Below are positions 36,738 to 44,456 of a stretch of DNA of 53,615 bases, in pieces; the stretch's first letter is position 1; every line of letters starts with the position of its first letter. Origin of the DNA: Euryarchaeota archaeon UBA89 (lineage in GTDB: Archaea > Thermoplasmatota > Poseidoniia > Poseidoniales > Thalassarchaeaceae); assembly GCA_002495525.1 (NCBI GenBank), contig DAFS01000008.1, forward strand, positions 1 to 53,615, in the 5' to 3' direction. The position numbers were made by a program, and so were the translations under genes. Under the pieces are notes generated by a model, which saw nothing but the letters and a program-made list of their open reading frames with translations, ran no database searches and had not been told where the DNA came from.

Positions 36738-36865
36738 GTATAATGTTAGATTTTTTATTCATGATTTTACATTGAGACTCCAATAGAAACAAGGGGGTTC
36801 CTCAAATCATCCAATTTGGTTATAGACTGCAAGTACTTCGGAGCAAAGCCCGGAGATGAAAAAGA

Positions 36866-39028
36866 ATGACAATGGCAGCACATGACTCCTCTGCTCGTTG
36901 GAAAACTTTCTTTTTAGAGGCTAAAGAAACAGAGATATTTACTTTACTTTCTAAACAGTCTATTACTCCAACTCTTTCTATTCCGTTCCATGAGTTACAG
37001 GCCTTTGACCCTGACTTTGCAGAGGATATCTTACAGTTCCCAAGACAAATTTTGAACACTGGTAAAGATACACTTAGAGAGATATGCAGGGAACGTGGAG
37101 AAGACTTGGATGTAATACTTAGAGTTGGGGAACTGCCTAGAGACAGTCGCCGCGCAATCAGGGAAATTGGCTCCTTAGATATTGAAAAACTTCGTAGTAG
37201 CGACGTACAGGTAATCAAGATTTCAGAGATTAAACCTAGAATGCATATTGCAGCATTTCAATGTGAAGCTTGTGGAGTCGCTCAAGAAATAATTCAAAAT
37301 AATGAAAGAGAATTAATTGAACCAATTCGTTGTCTACCCACTGATCAAGGTGGATGCGGTGAAAATTCTGGTAGGGGCGGAGCAACCCGTTTTAATCTCG
37401 TATTCAATATTTCAAGACTCATAAATAACCAATGGATAGAAATTCAAGAGTTACCCGAATCTGTTGAAAGTGGGGCTCAACCCGGTCGCGCAAAAGTGCT
37501 TCTAGAAGGAGATTTAGTGAACAAGCATTTACCCGGACAAAGAATAGTGGCTAATATGATTCCAGTTGTATATAGTGAGGTTATCAAGAATAAGAAAACA
37601 CCTATGTTCGATATCATTTATCATTTAATCAGTTCCGAACATGAGTCAGTTCCGTTCACAGAAATTAAGATAACAGACGAAGAACAAGAAGAGATACTAG
37701 CAATATCTCAAAGAGAAGATCTTCTTCGTTTAATGCAGAATTCAATTGCACCTTCGATATTTTCAACTGGCGTAATGAATTTTGTTAAAAGGTCTCTCGC
37801 ATTGCAATTATTTGGTGGCGTTTCAAGAAAAAATTCTGATGGCACTCGGACAAGAGGAGATATTCATATTTTACTAATGGGTGACCCAGGTGTTGCAAAA
37901 TCACAGTTATTGACCTATGTTTCAGAACTTTCTCCGCGCGGAAAGTTCGCATCAGGAGGGGGTGTTTCCGGTGCAGGATTAACCGCCGCAGCGGTTAGGG
38001 ATACTTTTGCTGATGGAAGGTTCTCTTTAGAGGCTGGAGTGTTGCCATTATCTGATAGAGGGTTAGCTGCAATTGATGAGTTTGACAAGATAACTGAAGA
38101 CGATAGAAAAGTAATGCATCCTGCTATGGAACAACAGAGAATCGATATCTCTAAAGGAGGTATAACTGCATCTTTACCTTCTAGATGTGCAATTATTGCA
38201 GCAGCAAATCCAAAACAGGGGCGATTCTCAAATCGTGCAGCTAATACTAGTGTTATACGTTCTTTTAAGGAGACTGGACTACCACCACCACTAGCTTCTA
38301 GATTTGATATAATTTGGATGATGAGAGACGAAGTTAAAGCAGAGAATGATGAAATGATTGCTAAACACATTCTACGTAGCCGTACAAGAGGTGTCCCCGA
38401 AGCTCTTATCGATGAATTTGTTGCAATGGATCCTGTTGAAGAAGATAAAGAACAAATCATAAAGGAAGGAGTCGATGGAACCGAACATCTTAGCCAGTCT
38501 TTCCTTAGAAAATATATTGCATTTGCCAAGAGAAATTATCACCCTAATATCGATCAAGATGTCATGGCACTAATTCTAGAGTATTATGTCCAAGAAAGAC
38601 AATCTTTTGGCCGAGAAGATACAGATGAAGGCGGTGAATCAAACGTAGTCCCAATTACTGCTAGGGCGTTAGAGGCACTAATCAGACTCACAGAGGCCCA
38701 TGCACGAATGTTCCTCCGTGAAGACGCTACGGCTGAAGATGCTAAAGTAGCACTCGCAGTATTCAAGCATTGGAGAGAAGAATCGGGAATAGAAGATGAA
38801 TCTGAATTTTCTGGCACATCCGTTAAACAGAGAAATATAAGTGTCGTTATTAAAAATATAATCCGCGATATTTGTACAGAAAACGGAAATATAGCAACTA
38901 AGAATGCAATTTATAATAGGGCTTTGGCTAAAAAAATAGATGAACTAACCGTTGATAGAATTATTTCCCAAATGCGTGCCAGTGGAATATTGTTTCAACC
39001 AAAAAATGATGAATATAGTTTCGCTTAG
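36866..39028 (+). CDS. mcm: Replicative helicase MCM
   Basis: Zn motif CEACG...CLPTDQGGCG, Walker A ILLMGDPGVAKSQLL, Walker B AAIDEFDK, arginine finger SRFDIIW, C-terminal winged-helix-like tail. No intein. Confidence 0.95.
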   Translation: MTMAAHDSSARWKTFFLEAKETEIFTLLSKQSITPTLSIPFHELQAFDPDFAEDILQFPRQILNTGKDTLREICRERGEDLDVILRVGELPRDSRRAIREIGSLDIEKLRSSDVQVIKISEIKPRMHIAAFQCEACGVAQEIIQNNERELIEPIRCLPTDQGGCGENSGRGGATRFNLVFNISRLINNQWIEIQELPESVESGAQPGRAKVLLEGDLVNKHLPGQRIVANMIPVVYSEVIKNKKTPMFDIIYHLISSEHESVPFTEIKITDEEQEEILAISQREDLLRLMQNSIAPSIFSTGVMNFVKRSLALQLFGGVSRKNSDGTRTRGDIHILLMGDPGVAKSQLLTYVSELSPRGKFASGGGVSGAGLTAAAVRDTFADGRFSLEAGVLPLSDRGLAAIDEFDKITEDDRKVMHPAMEQQRIDISKGGITASLPSRCAIIAAANPKQGRFSNRAANTSVIRSFKETGLPPPLASRFDIIWMMRDEVKAENDEMIAKHILRSRTRGVPEALIDEFVAMDPVEEDKEQIIKEGVDGTEHLSQSFLRKYIAFAKRNYHPNIDQDVMALILEYYVQERQSFGREDTDEGGESNVVPITARALEALIRLTEAHARMFLREDATAEDAKVALAVFKHWREESGIEDESEFSGTSVKQRNISVVIKNIIRDICTENGNIATKNAIYNRALAKKIDELTVDRIISQMRASGILFQPKNDEYSFA

Positions 39029-39041
39029 CCCCGTTCATCCT

Positions 39042-41168
39042 ATGAAAGATAACCCCGTCGTGATTAATATGGAGCCGCGAGGAGACATCAATTCTCCAAG
39101 TAATTTAGACCCTCAAAGTTTAGGTTTTATGTGTGGTTTAGAAATTCATCAACAATTAGATACAGGCAAATTACACTCTCGTATGCCCAGTCAATTATTC
39201 GATTATTCCCTTAATGAAATCCCTAAAAATTGGGCTCGCTCACAAAGAAAGCTAAGAGCGTCCCAAGGAGAGGGCGGACAAGTAGATATTACTGCCCGTT
39301 TCGAATCGCGCAGAAATCGATCTTTTGTATATATCCAACCTCCTAATGCCGGGTTAATTGAGTTAGACGAGGCACCGCCATTGAGCCATGACAGCAATGC
39401 TGTTGATGCAGTGTTGACTATGGCTGCAATGATGAAAGCTAAACCCGTATCTTCAATGCAGGCTATGAGAAAAACAGTAGTCGATGGTTCTAACACTAGT
39501 GGTTTCCAGAGAACAACATTAGTTGCAACTAATGGAGCAATTGAAACCGATGATGGTATTGTAGGTATTGATGTAATCTGCCTCGAAGAGGATTCGGCTA
39601 GGAAATTAGAAAGTGAATTAACCTCAGAAGGTGAAGTGGTTTTCTACACACTTGATAGGCTTGGAACACCTTTAGTAGAAATTGCAACTGCTCCAGATAT
39701 TCAGACTCCTGAACATGCTAAAGAGGTCGCTTTAAATCTTGGTACATTGTTACGCGATACTCGTTTAGTTAGGAGAGGATTGGGCTCTATTAGACAAGAT
39801 CTGAATGTCAGTATTGCTTGTGGCGTAAGAGTAGAAATCAAAGGTTGTCAAGATTTGGGTTGGATTCCCAAGATAATTCGTATAGAAATGGCTCGACAAT
39901 TACATATGTATCGGTTATGTAATGAATTACGAGAAGAAGCAGACTTACCTCAATTACCACCAGATCGTAGATTAGACTCAAAACCAGTTGAAAATAGAGT
40001 CGCTCTATCTGCTCTATCTAGACTTCCATTTAAGACTCAAGATGTGACTGAATTTTTTATTAATTCTTCATCTCAAATGATACAAAATTCAGTAAAATCC
40101 GGCTCTGTAGTTTTGGGTTTAAAATTGAAAGGATTTGCTGGGAAAATTGGTTGCAAAGAATTAGATGACGATGGTTCACAATTACCTCGTCTTGGAAGAG
40201 AGTTAGCTAGTTCCGCAAAACAAGCAGGAGTAGCAGGTATTTTCCATTCTGATGAATTACCTGCTTATGGAATTACAGACACGGATATTAGTAATGTACG
40301 AGATACATTATCATTATCTGAATCTGATGCGTTCATATTGTGTGTGGCACCCGGTTGGCAGGCTGAGTTAGCTCTTGAATCAGTTTTACTTAGAGCGAGA
40401 GCCGCATATCACAGAATACCGGGGGAAGTTCGTAACGTTGTAATTAGAAAAGGAGCTCCGGAAGATGGAACTACTACTGCTATGCGACCGTTACCTAGTG
40501 GTGCACGTATGTATCCTGAAACCGACATACAGGTATTGAACTTAGAATCTAGTAGATGGGACGAAATAAATTCCAATCTTCCTATGGATAAACAACAAAG
40601 ATTGTCGAGACTTCAAAAATATGATATTTCAAGTAACCAAATTGAGGCAATATTAGGTAATGAATTAGACGACATATTTGTCTCAGGATTAACTGATAAT
40701 GAATTATCTTCCCCCATTCTTCCTGCGAAACCTTGGGCATCAATTTTGTTGGACAATTCAAGATCAGAGATTTCTAAAAAATCTGAGGTATCGATATTAA
40801 ATGTACCTTGGGAACTGTTGGCATTATTAGTATATTCAAAAGAGCAAGGCATTCTTACCAGAGAAGGAATAGTTCCTATGGGCTGTAAGTATCTTTTGAG
40901 CACAGATGAAGACTTTTCCACATTTGATAAAAAAATAGGTTGGCTCTCTAAAACTGCAGAACTTGAAGGCTTTACTCCTGCCGATAGTTCTTCTGTCGAA
41001 GAAGTAATTGATGCAATAATATCTGAAAAGCTAGATTTCATCAAGAACAAGGGAATGGCATCTATAGGGCCACTAATGGGGATGGCTATGGCTAAACTCG
41101 GAGGCTCTGCAGATGGTAAATTAGTAAATTCGATTCTTTTAAATAAAATTAAGCAAGTAGAAAAGTAA
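39042..41168 (+). CDS. gatE: Glutamyl-tRNA(Gln) amidotransferase subunit E
   Basis: GFMCGLEIHQQLDTGKLHSRMP and LVEIATAPDI are GatE/GatB-family signatures. C-terminal YqeY-like tail. ATG 39042 avoids overlap with mcm (the ORF opens at 38952). Confidence 0.9.
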   Translation: MKDNPVVINMEPRGDINSPSNLDPQSLGFMCGLEIHQQLDTGKLHSRMPSQLFDYSLNEIPKNWARSQRKLRASQGEGGQVDITARFESRRNRSFVYIQPPNAGLIELDEAPPLSHDSNAVDAVLTMAAMMKAKPVSSMQAMRKTVVDGSNTSGFQRTTLVATNGAIETDDGIVGIDVICLEEDSARKLESELTSEGEVVFYTLDRLGTPLVEIATAPDIQTPEHAKEVALNLGTLLRDTRLVRRGLGSIRQDLNVSIACGVRVEIKGCQDLGWIPKIIRIEMARQLHMYRLCNELREEADLPQLPPDRRLDSKPVENRVALSALSRLPFKTQDVTEFFINSSSQMIQNSVKSGSVVLGLKLKGFAGKIGCKELDDDGSQLPRLGRELASSAKQAGVAGIFHSDELPAYGITDTDISNVRDTLSLSESDAFILCVAPGWQAELALESVLLRARAAYHRIPGEVRNVVIRKGAPEDGTTTAMRPLPSGARMYPETDIQVLNLESSRWDEINSNLPMDKQQRLSRLQKYDISSNQIEAILGNELDDIFVSGLTDNELSSPILPAKPWASILLDNSRSEISKKSEVSILNVPWELLALLVYSKEQGILTREGIVPMGCKYLLSTDEDFSTFDKKIGWLSKTAELEGFTPADSSSVEEVIDAIISEKLDFIKNKGMASIGPLMGMAMAKLGGSADGKLVNSILLNKIKQVEK

Positions 41169-41245
41169 TTTTATAATTATATAAATTTCTACTTACCCTA
41201 TTGTTGTCAATATTAATTTACTTTAGTATAACCCGTACGGTTTCC

Positions 41246-41878
41246 ATGTCTGTTTTAATCACAACAGTTGGGATAATAATTGTGACGAGTTTATTAGGAT
41301 ATTTTGCTCCCCCAAGCGAATATAGATTAAAGTCTGCTTCAGTGGTCTTCCTTGTCATGTTATTACTTTCATCAAGTACGTTATCTTATGAGTGGAGTAG
41401 GATGACTTCAGAGTTAGTAGATAATGAAGAAGATCCACATCATGGCCTACCAGATATCTGGAACGGTAAGCAAGTGGTTTGCTTCCATTTTCCAGAGGGA
41501 GCATCCCCCTCTGAATTCGCTGACGGAAGACACCACATAGATTATGATGGCACGGATTTCAAAACAGACAAAAATTGGGATTCTACCGGTGCTTGTGTTG
41601 GAGGATTTGAGGGATATGAAGCAGGTTTAGATTTACTGAATGCAGCCGTCGAAGTAAGGCCAAACCTTCTCGCTCTAAATGCTACGGAGTTTTCTTTTGG
41701 AATAATGATAGATTCTATCGGAGGAGTAATTCCTTGCGAAGTATATACTTGTGCTGAAGATTGGTCTTCAGGAGCATATTGGGAAATATTAAACGATGGA
41801 GCATACTCAATGGTTGGTATTTCTGATTTAGCATTGAATGGTGATACCGTAGTTACTTGGCAGATTAGAGTTTATTGA
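41246..41878 (+). CDS. Membrane-anchored protein with DUF4430-like (transcobalamin-like) C-terminal domain
   Basis: N-terminal TM helices. The C-terminus GLDLLNAA...FGIMIDSIGGV...SGAYWEILNDGAYSMVGISDLALNGDTVVTWQI fits the DUF4430 pattern (fxxSIxGxxxxxxxxWxYxVNGxxxxxGxxxxxLxxGDxxxW). An AT-rich TATA-like tract lies at 41171-41186. Confidence 0.5.
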   Translation: MSVLITTVGIIIVTSLLGYFAPPSEYRLKSASVVFLVMLLLSSSTLSYEWSRMTSELVDNEEDPHHGLPDIWNGKQVVCFHFPEGASPSEFADGRHHIDYDGTDFKTDKNWDSTGACVGGFEGYEAGLDLLNAAVEVRPNLLALNATEFSFGIMIDSIGGVIPCEVYTCAEDWSSGAYWEILNDGAYSMVGISDLALNGDTVVTWQIRVY

Positions 41879-41979
41879 TTTAATAATAATTGCATTCAAT
41901 AAAAATTGTATATTTTCCCCATCTTCAAGATTGAATCTGAGTAATCATCAATAACATAATCACATTGGAATGCTTACCT

Positions 41980-42633
41980 ATGTTATTCGATGCGCATGCA
42001 GTAACTCTTTCTCCCAATGAACAATTTGTTCTAGATTTGGTGATAGTAACTGTAGCAATTGCATCATTGATATTTACAGATAGTAAGTTTAAGTCCAAGA
42101 ATCCTAGTATAATTTTTATAATTTTAGTAGTCTTAGCAATTTCTGGAAGATTACTGTTAAATCCAATTCCGAATGTCCAACCTGTTACATTTTTGGTAAT
42201 AATGGTAGGGATTTATTTTGGAATTTCTTATTCGATAGCCTTTGCCACTATAGTTACACTGTCTTCCAATGTAATGCTGGAACATGGAATTTGGTCTAAC
42301 TATCAAATAATTGGTTGGGCATCTGTAGGTATCTTAGCTGCATTATTAAGGAATCAATTTCTTCAAAACGAGAAGCTAAATATTACTAATCTCGCAATAT
42401 TTGCTGTGTTCTCAGGATTTTTATTCGATTGGATAGTTTCTTTGAGTATTCTACATAACGTAGATACATCATTTTTCCTAGTCTACTTGCTAAATGGAAT
42501 CTTTTTCGATTTACTACATGCCGGAGGTAACGTTGTATTTGTTGCCTGGCTCGCAAATCCGCTGAGTGAATTAATGAATAGACATACTAACCTTACAAAT
42601 CCTGAGGCGGTGCCGGAACTTGCCTCAAACTAA
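41980..42633 (+). CDS. Six-TM membrane protein, ECF-transporter S-component-like
   Basis: About 215 aa with six predicted helices. The segment NVQPVTFLVIMVGIYFGISYSIAFA...GWASVGILAALL is reminiscent of ECF S components. No EcfA or EcfT lies nearby. Confidence 0.4.
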   Translation: MLFDAHAVTLSPNEQFVLDLVIVTVAIASLIFTDSKFKSKNPSIIFIILVVLAISGRLLLNPIPNVQPVTFLVIMVGIYFGISYSIAFATIVTLSSNVMLEHGIWSNYQIIGWASVGILAALLRNQFLQNEKLNITNLAIFAVFSGFLFDWIVSLSILHNVDTSFFLVYLLNGIFFDLLHAGGNVVFVAWLANPLSELMNRHTNLTNPEAVPELASN

Positions 42634-42643
42634 TGAATTGACG

Positions 42644-42988
42644 ATGGTATTAGTCACTAGGAGTGACCTCATATTATCGAAAGGCAAGCTTGCTGCACAG
42701 TGCAGCCATGCAACTGCAGAATGCATACTCAAAGCAAAACGCATTGCTCCTAAGATATTAGAAAAGTATCGTACTAATGGTGCAAGGAAAATTGTTTGTA
42801 GCGCTAGTAATCTTGACAATCTAAAAAGAATATTCGGAGAAGCTAATGAGGCGGGATTAATTTGTTACATGGTTAAAGATGCTGGCCATACAGAAATACC
42901 ATCTGGTACAGTGACAGTAGTAGGAATAGGCCCTGGTCCTAGATCAACTATTGACACAATTACGAGTAGTCTACCTCTGGTAAAGTAA
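42644..42988 (+). CDS. pth2: Peptidyl-tRNA hydrolase, archaeal type (Pth2)
   Basis: MVLVTRSDLILSKGKLAAQCSHA...VKDAGHTEIPSGTVTVVGIGPGP is the PTH2 signature. Confidence 0.85.
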   Translation: MVLVTRSDLILSKGKLAAQCSHATAECILKAKRIAPKILEKYRTNGARKIVCSASNLDNLKRIFGEANEAGLICYMVKDAGHTEIPSGTVTVVGIGPGPRSTIDTITSSLPLVK

Positions 42989-43102
42989 TCCTCTGAGTTA
43001 ACTGAGATTAAAACTATAAGAATATTCAGTTTTTTAGAATCGGCTAAACTGGAGGGCTTATGCCCCCCAGTCCGCCTTACGTAGATTTAAAAGAATATTT
43101 TC

Positions 43103-43693
43103 CTATTCCATTACTTCATCGATCTTGGTGCCTAACAAAGCACCAGCACCAACGAATACACCATCTAGCAACCAAGTACTTGCTGCATTAGCAATATTAC
43201 CAGAATCTCCCATTAGACACGATGCCATATCATGAGCTCCGCCGACTCCCATACCAAGGGACCCCGCCGCCATAACCACTACCAGAGCAGTCATCCAAGC
43301 ATCACATCGGCTGTGTATAGCACCGACAACCGCACCAGCAGCAACCATAGTTAGTAATGGCCACATATCAAATGACCACATATCTCCAGCTGCATATCCT
43401 GTTTCGATTTCACCAGCTTCTGTCATCATCATGATAGCCGCAAGAGCTCCAAGCATTTGCATTACTAATCGCATACCATTGCCCATCCAGTTTTCTGAAT
43501 CAGCCATATCTCCAGTCATTATAGCCATCCATGTGAACATTGGTAGAATATGTGCACCAGCCATAGCAGTCATTGCTGCAGCAAGTACTAATCCAGCCAT
43601 AAGCCCATCTGAGGCCATGCTCCCTAGAACTAACCAGGAGACTACGAAAGCGCCTCCAACTTCACTCATCATTACTTTTTTATCCATTTCCAT
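43103..43693 (-). CDS. Met-rich membrane protein, divergent MIP/aquaporin-like
   Basis: Helix-1-like EVGGAFVVSWLVLGS. Two half-repeat boxes, AGAHILPMFTW and GGAHDMASCLMG, sit where GxHxNPAxT motifs occur. MQMLGALAAI and the terminal GVFVGAGALLG also match MIP helix patterns. By my count about 28 of 196 residues are Met. The gene looks clearly more GC-rich than its neighbours. Confidence 0.45.
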   Translation of the reverse strand: MEMDKKVMMSEVGGAFVVSWLVLGSMASDGLMAGLVLAAAMTAMAGAHILPMFTWMAIMTGDMADSENWMGNGMRLVMQMLGALAAIMMMTEAGEIETGYAAGDMWSFDMWPLLTMVAAGAVVGAIHSRCDAWMTALVVVMAAGSLGMGVGGAHDMASCLMGDSGNIANAASTWLLDGVFVGAGALLGTKIDEVME

Positions 43694-43929
43694 ATTTTTT
43701 CCCTCCCACCGTAGTGGACGCTTGCGCGTTATTCGGAGAGTATATAATAACCAAGGGTCGTAAAACGCCTAAAAACCTCTATTTATAGCTTTTTTCCGAA
43801 TCACGATGTAATATTTAACACCTGATAATAATTAGTACAGTTAGTGTGTTTTAGAACAAATTATTATTTTTTAACAAATATTATATTATTAATAGTAATA
43901 GTCATCAATAGATAGGTATTGAGAGATAC

Positions 43930-44454
43930 GTGGTTGAACAAGTCGCGCTGGAGAACGTAGTTCGTGAAAAACTACTATCGGAATGTACTGGGCTATCTAA
44001 ATTGGTAGATTGGTTAGACACTATAGATAGAAGACCCGGACTCGAAGAATTAGATTACAAATTAACTTCAATTGATGTAAATATTCCTGCACTTAAGCAG
44101 TGTATTGGGTATGCCGAAGATGGTTATCAAAGAAATGTTATCAAAAAAACTGAGCATTATGAATTGGTTGCTATATGTTGGACTCCGGGACAATTAACTC
44201 CAATTCATGATCATGTGGGTAGTGACTGTGCATTCAAAATAATAGATGGTATTTCTACAGAAACTACATACGAACTTAATGATGAAGGACTTGCATATCC
44301 GGTTGGAGTCAGAGATTACTTAGCAGGGGAGATATGTGCTGCAGATGAACCAGATATACACAGAGTTTCTAATAATTCAGATAGTGAACTAATCAATCTT
44401 CACGTGTATACTCCACCTCTACATGCATATCATGTTTACAAATCAGCAGTATAA
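43930..44454 (+). CDS. Cysteine dioxygenase type I family cupin (CDO or 3-mercaptopropionate dioxygenase)
   Basis: CWTPGQLTPIHDHVGSDC (His-x-His) plus DIHRVSN (third His) and LHVYTPPL fit the CDO cupin motifs. GTG start. Confidence 0.75.
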   Translation: MVEQVALENVVREKLLSECTGLSKLVDWLDTIDRRPGLEELDYKLTSIDVNIPALKQCIGYAEDGYQRNVIKKTEHYELVAICWTPGQLTPIHDHVGSDCAFKIIDGISTETTYELNDEGLAYPVGVRDYLAGEICAADEPDIHRVSNNSDSELINLHVYTPPLHAYHVYKSAV

Positions 44455-44456
44455 AA

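Noticed and set aside
36820-37218. 132-aa - strand ORF across the mcm start region. Similar antisense ORFs lie inside mcm and gatE (37915-38529, 38584-38817, 39203-39496, 40613-41050).
   Set aside because: They are antisense to genes with unambiguous MCM and GatE motifs. Their products are Ser/Leu-rich with no recognisable features.
38952-39041. Upstream extension of gatE overlapping the 3' end of mcm.
   Set aside because: GatE homology starts after Met at 39042, and the extension would overlap mcm by 77 nt.
43049-43070. Imperfect hairpin ctggagggc-ttat-gccccccag between the convergent pth2 and MIP-like genes, considered as a bidirectional terminator.
   Set aside because: It has only 9 bp with an A-C mismatch, and no T-tract follows it on either strand. 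That is too weak to annotate.
43790-43925. A very AT-rich stretch of about 130 nt between the MIP-like gene and the dioxygenase gene, considered as a DNA-unwinding element or replication origin.
   Set aside because: I found no ORB-like repeats flanking it. It is adequately explained as a divergent promoter region (multiple TATA-like tracts) for the two genes.
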